A DNA stretch of 64,000 bases from Stylophora pistillata (taxonomy: Eukaryota): NCBI RefSeq assembly GCF_002571385.2, contig NW_019217851.1, forward strand, positions 346,971-410,970, read 5' to 3'. The translations under genes and the position numbers were made by a program. Below, piece after piece: positions 41,580 to 53,700 of this stretch. How positions within the stretch are numbered: position 1 is the stretch's first letter; each line of letters opens with the position of its first letter. The notes under the pieces are model-generated. The model was not told the origin of the DNA. It searched no databases and saw only the letters and a program-made list of their open reading frames with translations.

Positions 41580-44500
41580 CAGCCAATATACCATAATCTA
41601 CAAATATGGCAAGCGTACGTGTCAGCTTAAAATTAAAAGGAAGCTAAAAATTTAATAAAATTTAATAATTTAATTTAACGTTTTTAATAAAACAATTATT
41701 CCACTCGCACTTGTTGGATATGAGATGATTATAGCCAACTCGGCGCGCGCTCGTGGAATAATTGTTAAATATCGAGGACTGAAAAAGAATGAACATTTAG
41801 CTTAATTTGTGACCCTACCAGATCCCTCATAACCTGACTGCTGTTGATGAAAAATGCACTTTTAAATACCTTGAAGTTCTTCTGGTGTGATTTGTATGTG
41901 AGTGCTAAGTTGTTAAGGCTATCCATTTTGTCAATGAGAGCTTCAAGGTACTGGATAATGTCATTTGACTGTGAACTGGAGTCCAAAATCTTGGGGTCCT
42001 GTAACAAATGTAAGTCTTGCAGTCATACCATTATTAAAAAAAAGAAATTCTGGTCAGGACACTAAATACTTTGACATCCTTCTTGGTTTATTCCTGTTAA
42101 TAACATAACAATAGAGAGATAGTGACACATATAGTAAACCTTAGCTTAATTACTATGCAAGTGAAACTTTCTTCCAGGAATTTTTAATCTGAGCTCTTGA
42201 AGTTTCCTTCAGAGGCCAGAAACTTCTAGGTCTTCCTAAAGGACAATTTAGCCTTGATTTTGAGACTTGCATTTCTAAATAGTGATCACAAAATGGAAAG
42301 AGATGGGATGACATATCAGACAATAATTTTAAAAGTAGCTGATGGGTACTGACAGTGTCAGAGGGCATTGAAAACTTCAATCTTCACCTCAGAGAAGGAG
42401 AGCTACTACAGTGCCATACTCATGAAGGGTAATTCATTGTTTGCTGAGTAACAGTTTTCAGTCACTTTCAGAATTCAAAATGACAGTATACAGGTATATA
42501 CACAGGTCATAATCCCATTTCATCCCTTGAGTGAGATGTTTATCTTGACTCTCATTACCCTTACCAAAATTAAGTACACTTTTATTATAATTACTTCATT
42601 TGAAATGCAATTGAATGGACCTGTACCTGTACTGTCCAAATATTTTTCACAAGTGTTGAGTGTATTTATACGCTGTTACCTTAATGACCTTTAAGTTAGT
42701 AAAAGATATGTCCTGCACCAACCTGTGCTTTTTGTTTCACCTCTTTCACCTCCTTACCCAGTACCACAATATCTTTGTCAATGTGTGTACACATCTTGTC
42801 AATATTGGCATCCCTCTCAGCTAATGATTTGTCAATCACATTACGGACAGCTGTCACTGTGGGCCTCAGAGTCTGCAAAGATCATGAAATTCATTCAGTT
42901 TTTAACTGTTCAAGGACTTCTTGTGCTTAATATTACCAACATGTAAAATGCCAAATTGGACAAAGTAACCAGCCACTATAAAAAAGATTAGGTTGACAAA
43001 ATCATTTCAAATTTCTGAATACATGTAGTTTTGGTAGATGATGATAATTATCTCACCTTGAGTCCACTGTCACTTTCTGATAGAAAACCAGTTTGATGAT
43101 AACATTATGATAAATGTATGTGCTTTGACACCAAGGCCAAGATATCTGATTTGGACACTCACACTGTATTTCTACTGACAACTTAAAATCTTAACACTGC
43201 TGACAGAACCAATACCTGGTACACAGCAAGATCCTCAGGTGGTGTTGGCACTTTGTATGTCTCAATCAAGTCATACAACTCTTTCACAACAGTAGCATCT
43301 CTTTCAATATCATCAACCTAAGAAAAAATTGATTAATAACTTACACTGCTTTAGTTGGTGGAACAAAAATTCAGTAGTCGATACTGAACATTTTGGGTCT
43401 GATAAGACCTGGCAGAGCTCGCCAGGTCTTATCAGACCAGTAATATCTTATTATATTGTTATGTTTCTCTACAGATTAGATTTAACAGTGTTTTAGAAAA
43501 GTACAGAGCACTTCCTTAGAGATTTGACAGAAATGATACTTGATTACTCAAGTGACTGATGGGCTGTATACCCGAATATGCAGAGTGTAATACTGCTACT
43601 AGACACTACATTAACTGTGTAGTGCTGTAGTTACATCTACAAGTAAACTTCACCATGTGAACAAATTAGCAAAATATCAGCATCTCACAGGTTGCTCTGC
43701 AAGTAGGTAATATCCAAGAAACAAACCCTGATACGAGAAAGAGGATAATCAATTAAATGCTATTTGTAGTACATTGTATGTCAATAGAGATACTACTGAA
43801 AAACACTGTACCTTCTCTTGAATGGTGTCAAGAAAAGTAAGGCTTTCAACATATTCTGAGGTGCTACTAGGCACAGCTTCTAGTTTAAACTGAGCATCTT
43901 GACAGAATCCCATCAGTGTATCTGTTCGCATCTTGGCCAACTTAGGCAATATATCATTTATCACCTACAATAGAGGAAAGCCTGCTTACAATAATATGTA
44001 CATTTTGTTTGTGAAAAAAAATATCAAATGAAGCTTAGTTGAACAAGTCACCTACCACAGAAAAGTTACATGTAATTCAGGTGACTGCATGAACACAGTT
44101 TTTGATACCTATGTTACTTTCACCATTTGCTCTTTCCCTTGATCTCTTGGTCACCAAAACTGGCAGCAAGCAAGTTAACAACACAAACTTTCTTTTTTTG
44201 ATAGTTCAACTTATGTATGTGCCATTGCCATGGTGACATGAATAACTATAAACAGGCCTTTAAAATTAGTATTGTTTATTTGTAGAAAATCTAGTCATTA
44301 GATTTTCTTTATAATTTGCATGCAATGAGCTTGTAATGATACTCACAAGTTAACACCATTTTGCTAACATTTTAACAGAGAGATCTTTAACTATCCCTTG
44401 TTGAAGGTTCACTCAATTATCTAGAATTTCCTTTGTCAAAAATCAGTTTTTTTCAATACTCCAGTTGCTTATTTCCTAAAGTATTTTTGTGCCAAATTTC

Positions 44501-47304
44501 GTGGTTCTCAAGAAATAGGCATATTTCCGAGAAAGCAATTTTCCATTCAATCACAATTTTTTTACTTACTACACATGCACTGCATTTCACTGGATTCTTT
44601 CGGTAAGGATGAAAAGGTAAGAATTGCTAGGTTCTTTGCACTGTTAACTTTTCTGACATATCTTTGTAGCAAAAGATTAAAGCCCTCAATATCAATACAC
44701 TGCGCACACTATAGAGAAAAATAGCACAGATAGTGCGGGTACATGTTGAGTAAATAAAATGCCCGTCTATTGACGGCATGTTTATTATTTGCAATCCCTG
44801 TGCGCTCGCTGAAGTGCATCACCAAAAGTGCGCACGAAAACTGTGTTCAGCCACCTTAAGGACAACTACTTCCATTGAGCACCAAGAAATTGTAGAATGT
44901 AAAATGGAATCAACATCATTTCTCATGAAGATCAATAAGAATTACTTGTCTTGAACCACAAAGAATCTGCAAACCCAGCTGATGACAAATCAATGCCAGA
45001 CAAAAGAACAAATATGGATTACACTGAACCCCAACCTGTCACAAACCTCTAAACATTTCAATGGTGATGGAATGAGAACTTCTTTCAACTTCTTACAATC
45101 AACAAGGATCATGCCAATTGCTCTGCGTTCCAAAATACCAACTGCCTGTTCATGTTCACTGTTGTATTTGTCCAGTGAGTGTGAGAAAAAACCAACATCT
45201 GATTGATTTACAAAGAGAAAAAATTTAGTCCTTTAGATAACTACTTCTTAGGTTGAATTTATCTGTCAAAGCACAATAAATTAATGAACAACCATAAAAA
45301 AGGCATTTGTAATCATATTACCATGCTCTTCTTGTCTAATTCGTTCAAGATCCAAACTCTCATTCTCTTGGTAAAACTGGCGATAAGGTTCAAATGTATT
45401 TGCATACTGCCATGCAGAGTCAAATGCTGATGAAATAGCATCCTATTTGCAGAAAACACACACACATAAATTGCTTTCATTGGTAGTTCACTAGAATGTG
45501 CATGTACATGATAGCAAAATGTTTGAAAAACATGATAAAATTGTTATGAATCATGAATATGCACAGATAAATAAATGAATTGTGAGTTTCCTGTTCTGAC
45601 CAAAAGAAATGATTGAAGTAAAATTTTCTGTCCAGTGCATGCCCTTCTAATGTTTGAAATTGGGTCCTACATAAGTTCAAACTTACCGTAATTTCAAAAT
45701 TTATAAGACTTCTGATAAAATACTTGCAGACTGAATTTTGGGCAGCGGACAGGAATCTGTTTAATCACCTCTGTCATGACATGCTGACCTCACAGCCTTC
45801 AATCTGTAGGTCATGACCTTGCACCAAATATTTTCCTGTCTGGCCCTCCCACTCAGCCAATAGCTATATTATCATTGAGATGAAACCATACACTATTCAT
45901 TTAAAAATATTTGAAGTTTGACAATAACCCCTTTTTTATCTAAACACCATGTGTTAACATCTCTATTTTCCTTCAACCAGTCATAAATATTCAAGCCAAA
46001 TACCTTGATACTTTGTATAATTCCTTGAAGATGTCTATCATCCTCAAACATGGTGGCCAGACTAGGACCATCACCTGCTGTTTTCTCTTCAACTTTACCA
46101 TTGATAAATGGTCTGCGTTGCAAAGAAAAGTAGAAGTCACAATTAAAATTTTCTCCACAAATTTCAGTGAGTCAATTTGTCTTTACTTTTTTCAAGGTTT
46201 TATCGGAGACAAAATTTGATGCAAATGACTGCACTATATATGCTGTAAGTTGTCAATGATTAAGATGATTGAGGACATCATTTTCTTTACAAGATCCTGA
46301 AACTTACTGAGTGAAAGCATCAAAATATGGGTCAGGCACGAGGTTTTGAACACTTAGGACAGCATCTTGAAACTTTTTGATGACTTCTCCAAGTCCATCC
46401 TGAAAGTCATCCAATCCAGGGGAAAACAGCAGCATTTGAGGCTCAAGAAGCACCTCTGTGGTGTACAGTGGATGGAGTTCTCCTTGTTCATCCTGTAACA
46501 CAAAACAAGCACTCTTTAACTCTGCAATCTACCAAGGTCATGTGAACACAATTATGGTACACTTGCATCGCATTCCTTTTCAGGACAATAGATACTGAAT
46601 GAAATAACTCACACCACTTGCTGTGAATTTCTAGTTCAATGGGTGACCCAGTGATACAATTCAAGAATGAAGTTAGTTCAGTAAAGGCTGCTAGGTATTT
46701 TTTTCAGGTCTGATTTTCTCTATTGCATAAATAGCGCTCTCTACTGCGAGGATCGTACATCATATGTATCTATAACTGCAGTGCAAAATATATGAACTTC
46801 ATATATTCATCAAGAACAGTATTATTAACTTTGTCATCTTAAAACATCTTAATTGTGTTGGTGTCACTAACAAGGAAGATGTACAGAAGTTTAAAGAAAG
46901 ACTCTACCCTATATACTAAACAAACCAACTTTGTGACAAATTTAAATTAAACATTAAATTTAAAGTAACAATGGATGTTAAAAAAAAAGAAAAGACTCAA
47001 AGCTTGATGATAGAGGAATTAAAAATCTTGGAGTGAACAAGAAATGAGTAACAACTGTTTAGATTCACCATAAAGCTGTAAAATTATGTACTGCAGTCAG
47101 AGAAAACAGTTGTGTAACTATGAATGTTAGCACGTAACACTTTCATACATCTGCACATTTGGCTCAAGCATAAGTGTTAGTCAAGAGCTAATTGCTACCA
47201 TGTCAAATTTAATATCATACCCTGTAAATTAAAGCAATACCTTCTGTTCAATAGCCTCCCCTTCTGCTTTCTCTTCCTCTGGTTCCATTTCTTCACTTGT
47301 TCCC

Positions 47305-47339
<35 letters not shown>

Positions 47340-47698
47340 TTCCTCCAAATAGTTAAGTAGAGTAGCAACAGAGTTTGCTGCTAGAACATGCATAGTATTC
47401 ACAATGAGATAGTCAGCAAGCCGGATAAAGCTGAAGATAAATGTATTTAGCAGCATTAATAAATGAAATAAATATTATTGAGTTTTGAGGCTGATACGTT
47501 TTCAAATAAAACAAACCATGTTACAAGGGGTTGCAAGAGTACATACCCTCCTTACCCATTATTTTGTTGAGAGCTTTAATTTTTAAAGGAGGGACATCAA
47601 CGTGTACAGTGTTGAAAAAGCATACTAGAACCTACTTGTAGGTAGCATTCTTTGGTTACCTTGGTCCCAAAAAAAGTTCCTTGAAATAAGTTCAATTG

Positions 47699-47749
<51 letters not shown>

Positions 47750-50700
47750 GTTCATTTATACAGCACACACATCCACTACTTGTTCAAGGCACTTTACAAA
47801 ATTAATCCTAAAACGGTAAATTTACTCTAAAAAACTTAGAAAATAAAAAATTAGCGCACACTTGAAATATTTTATTTTAGATCTTGTACATTTTAATGTC
47901 ACAATGATGATAAGCATGTCATTATTAGCTAAGCTGCTTCATATACAGAGTACATTGTAATTAGACATGAAAGAAAATGTGTAATTATGCTAGCATCTTA
48001 GAATATGTTCCTGTAGATTCATCTTAAAATAACATAAATTCATCCCATTTTTTCTTTTTTGGAAAAATTGTCAGTCTTGATCCATTTATACAGCAACTCT
48101 TACACAACTGTTGTTTACCTTGTGAGTCTTCTGCAGTGGCTTCTCTTGTTAGCCTGCTCTGTATAAGTCATTTTGTCTGGTGCATCACCATACATATCCA
48201 TCTCATACCCACTTGGCATTAAATAGGATGACATTGAATGTGCAGGGCCTCCATATTCATCTGTCAAAGAATCAAACAACAATTTACAATAAATGACTGA
48301 TGAATATGTACAGTGTTGGCATGTAAACCACAGTGCATTAAGAGTGAACATATATACGATAACCCTCTACTGGCAATTAGGAATTAATCATGTTGCAGAA
48401 AAAAATACATGTTCATATAAAATGACCTGTTGCTAGTGACTTAAATTTACTTTGGGGTGAAATACTTTGTGTTAGAATCTTTCCATATTTCAAAGAATTA
48501 AAAAACAAAAAAAAAAAAACAACAATGCTTGCATTGTCATATAGATGCAGGAACTGTAACTGTTTATTTTGACTGAACACTTTTTTCATTTTCAATTTTG
48601 AAATATGTCACACATACTTAAAATTCAAGCACTGGCAACACCATAAATGAGACATCAATAATTGCTATATACTAACCTGCATACATCCCCATAGGACTGT
48701 CCATATCCATAAAATAATCGTCAGGTGTGAACCCTGCCTCAAGAAGAGCTGTTCGACATGCACTTCTCACAACTTCTTTGACAAGGTCACGAAACTCTGC
48801 TAATCTTCCAGCAACCTACCAATGCAAAAATTTACACAACAACTGAAAACATAATTTTGGCTTCATTTGTTCCTTTATAAACTTGATGAAATAATTTTTT
48901 TTAATGGAAGACAAATAGGAAAGCCAAGTGAAACACCAAGGAGAGTGAGGGACATGATGTATTCAGGCATAAAAGTCACTGTGAGGCATGAGTATGGTCA
49001 AACATGACAACACAGCTTAATCTAATGTCTCACATTCACAATACAATTAAAAAGGAAAACAAGACCCAAAATAAGTACCACGACCAAGGATGCAACCTAG
49101 AAAATACCTTCAATCTCTACCTACCATTTAAATGATCATTATATATAGAAAAGTTCAGTACACTAATGAACAATTTACATTTTTTTGGATAGTCTTGGTC
49201 CTGTCCTCTACTTTGTCACACCTGCTCTTCCCTCAGGAGGTATGAGTTAAAGATTTAAAATAATGAAAATTGAATTTCTTCTTCATTTTGTCAAAAAAAG
49301 AGAAAAGGTTGGAAAACTACTGACACAAAAATATTTCCAGAATGTGATTAAAAAAAGGAAAATATGCCAATCAGTTGTGAGAAATCTCAATTGTACCCAG
49401 TAACAACAGTTGGTCTTTTAGATTTACATGTATAAGTGGTCTGCTTACACTCCTAATTGCTTACATGTCCTGTTCTCTCAACTTGGTGTTCAAAAAACAA
49501 GGTTCATTCCAAATATATTTCAGGTGTTCAGGGTTTGAGGAGTTTGGGAGTGTTGTCCAAGTCATCCTTTGTGTAACAATAATGAGATGGCCATGGGTGA
49601 CATCATTTTTTACATGTGCATGTTCATGTATTTAGCTCACAGATGTAAAAATCACATGGAGACTGACGAGAAGAGATCTAATGTATCATAGATTAACTAG
49701 TAGTAACTCTACAGCATACCTCTTCAAGCTGTTCAAATTGAGCATTCCTGAACTCATCCAAAGTGTAAGTGTGCCCTTTCTCCACTCTGCACAGGCCCAT
49801 GTCACTGATGCGGTAACACATTTCTCGCACATTCAACAAAGCTGGGCGTAATGACTAACAAAAGAAAGATTTTAAGATTCTTTGGTTTGGACTCTAGATC
49901 AAAATATGTAAGAAAAAACTCAAAAAAATGTCCTTATCAAGAAACAGCATTAAATGTACTTACAGGATTTACAATGAAGAGATTCTCTTGTAGTTGATTT
50001 TTACACTGTGTCACTTTCCTGTATTTGTGAGAAACAGGAAATACATTATTACTTAAGTCCTTTCAGTAAAAAAAAGTAAACATTTAATAATTATAAAACT
50101 TGTCAAAGTCTACTTCTTTCTGGTTGATAAAACAGTGCATAGCAGATCTTAACAACTACAGGGTGTAGTTCTGTCAGTTAAGAGCTTGATAGATATAATA
50201 TTGAAGTCAGACTGAAAACAACAATTTATTATTCAACAAATCATGATATAACTGGATTACAACAAAAATTGAGTTGTCATTTCTTGGTATTCATGTGTTA
50301 GTACTCTATGTCTATATGTTTTCTAGTTGATCATAGCATTGTGCAGTATAGTTATCACAACATCTATTAACAACGTTAGTAAAATAAATATATAAGTATA
50401 TGTACATGTCTCTGCACTTGTGGATCAAATTCTAGCAAACAAATGATCGTTCCAGGTGGGCTTCAGTTTTTAAGTAACTGCAGAAAAGAAGCCTGGAAAA
50501 AGACTTCGGGCTTCAAAGGGATTTGAGCCTTAGCCTCTCAGTAGAAACATGTACTGTGCAAGTTGGGGGCTACCACCAATTGAGCAACTATTCAATACAT
50601 TAGGAGCATGGCAAGTTCTAGTAAGTTATTACTTCCCATAGAGGAGTGTGATAACAATTTCAATTAAATAAATCACAAAAAACCCACAAACTTTGCCTTA

Positions 50701-53700
50701 TTCCCAACTTGTGGCTTGGTAGCCCAGTCCACTAATTTCTGGGAGGCATGTGTTCAAAACTTGTTTCAGAATTTTCTTCAAGCTTCTTTACAACATTTTT
50801 TTGGTATAAGACCACCAGTAAGAATCATTTATTAACTTGAATATCCTAACTTCACCAAGTTATGAGGGGATGCACATTACATGACAAGATCTGCCTGCCT
50901 AAACACTCACACATATGATGCACATCTACTAGTTTCCTAACTCTACAGATTTTTTTGATGCCTTACTTTATCTTGACATTCTTCCTCCAGACAACAAATG
51001 CCTTCCACATCCTAAAGCTAGCAAATGTTGGAATTTTCACAAGTCTTGTGTAGTCCTTGTACTCCTTTTCCCATCGTTCAAGGGGTGTAAACTCTGCTTC
51101 ATCGTCACAGACATGAGTTACTCCTTCAGCACTTATGGTGTAGTAATCTGAATGGTCAATTGCTGAATGCTTTACAATTCTGTCAATTGAGGTAAACATA
51201 AATTTTCAGTTAATAAATGTAAAAATCTTTCACCTGAATGTCAAATTTTGACTGTCATTCCTTTACAATTAAGTACTGCAAATGGTCAAGAGAAAAAATA
51301 TGTGCACTGCAGTATGAGATAAGTAAAACAAATAAGGTTATACCAACTGATGTACTTTTGTAAGTGATGCTCTTTTTTTGCCACAAAAAAAATATATTTT
51401 TCCCTGTAATGGTGTTAATATTTGTGATGAAATATGTAAAAAGGTATGAGTCCCCATGTCAGGAACTAAGATAAAAGACCCTCAGATTATTTCAAATGCT
51501 CTACCTTTGACAAGGTTGTAGCAATTACACTGCCAGCTTAAATTTCAAGTGAGGTGGCTCAAAAGTTGGTGAATGATAGTAAGTGTGTAACCTTGTAACC
51601 ATCTCTTTACCAAATAAATAAAGGCTGATAATTTCTAAAGAAACTGTTTGGGGCTGTCTTGGTGGGGGTAACGAAATAATTTCAATATATCAACAAAGTT
51701 GAAATGGTAAATTGNTATATTAAATTATTTCTTTACCAAATAGTAAGTGTGTAACCTTGTAACCATCTCTTTACCAAGAGATGGCTAGCCAAAAATCCAG
51801 CCTGCCATCCCCCCTTTTTCATCCGGGAACTTTTGCCAGAAGCAGTTGCTTAGTGACAACCCCAATCTGAGAAACAGAGATTGTTATGGCAGGCAAGCCC
51901 ATTACTTAGCTCATGCGTGACATGCATTCTGCTTACTGCTAGGATCAGCAATTTTGATAGTGTAATGGAAATGGATATAATTCAACATGTGGTAACAGTT
52001 ACATAGAGTTGTCAAATGGGATATTTCTTATCAATTGTTTTTCTTACAAGGAAAAAAGTGAGAAAACAACTTTCTGAAAAGTACCAGTAAGTTAATTTTG
52101 CTTACTCTTGACCAAAAGATTTGACTGTTTTCTCCATCTCACAATGTACTGTAAATTTATTATTTAATTTTGTGATAATCCTCTAACCACATTCCCTCGG
52201 CAAAAGATTTATGTGAACACCATAACAACAAGTGAAGCTGCAAAGAATGTTATAGCAACAGAGGGTTTATTCATAAGTAACTAACACATCATGTGTCATA
52301 AGAGAACTACACCTTGCAACATTCCCAAAAGAATATCATTGATTACATTGTAGATACACTGTTTTACTTACTTGAGGTTGTAAGGATTGTAATCTATTGA
52401 TGACCTATCAACAGCAGGGGTCATGTAAAGAAACCCTAGTTTAGAATTCTCCTTGATCAAACTTATAATCTGAAGTGGATCTCTCAGACCCTCAGGTATA
52501 ACATCTGTCTTCTCCACTAATACACTTCCATTGGCAAAGGCATGCGCATGACCATTAGTTTTCTGCTTTGAAGAATTCTGCCTTTGTGGAGCCCTAGTAT
52601 TAACTTGAGCTGCAGAGTCAATTTTTTCTTGTTTATTCTTTAAATCATCTGGTAGACTTGGTAACGGAGATGTTACTCGCTCAAGAGGTTCTACAACATC
52701 TCTTCGGCGTGCCTTCTTCTTGTCTGGCTCAGATGAGGAGGGTGGTGTTGGGGTTTTTGTCTTCCCTGCAGGAGAAGTGTAAGGAAGACTTTTTTGCCTT
52801 TCTTGATATCTGGCAAGGTTTGGCTGAAATGAAAAAAGAGAAAAATTCCCTTATTGTTCGTCTTTTTTATTTACAACCAGTAATAAATCTACTGCAAAGT
52901 CAGGGCTCAGTTAATACTTAATTCAACCAAAGCAAATGAATATTTTCCCTTCAAAAAGAGAAGCATTTTGTAAAGTTTAGGAACGCAGTAAATTTAGTGA
53001 CTAGTTAGTGACCTTTATCTGGCTAGGCACAAATTTTTTAAGGGTAGTTAAAGCTAACCAGCAACAGATAAAACACTTACCATCCACCAGATAAGTGTGA
53101 ACCAAAAAAATATATAATTATATTGCACTATCAACCAGACAGAAATTTATTCCGTGGATAAGTGTTATCCACCCTATAAACAATCACTGATAATTCTACA
53201 TCATCCCTTAACTCTCCTAGGTCACAAGGGGATCCTCCTTGGTACTTGAGAGATTACAGCTACATTTCATCTCAATTGGTTTTTCAACTTACCAAAGGCT
53301 CTAGTCTGGGTGCTGTTGGTATATTCTGAAGAATAACAACAGGAAATAAATCATAGCATACGGCAAAATTGGCGAGTATAAGATTGCACTGTAAGTCAGT
53401 TATCAATCAAAGCTGCCAAACATTTTTGACAGTCAGTTACAACTGTCTATATACATGTGTATATATTAAGGAATCACCCGCAGCACTTAAGTTCGCATGA
53501 TTTCCAAAAAAGTTGCACAAATGACGAACGTACAGTAATAAATAAGCCTGAAGTACCATATTGTCATACAAAACTTGAAAGGCATGTCACAGGTCATTAA
53601 ATTATGGCTCACGCATAACGTTTCTTGTAGTTGTGTTGGCATTCATCTTCTTTTCTTAATTCGACAAATGAGAGTCGAGAAGAGGTAAATATAGATTAAC

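Noticed and set aside
51576-51777. Roughly 40-bp direct duplication as a biological TSD
   Set aside because: It brackets a lone N at 51715, so a contig-join artefact is at least as likely.
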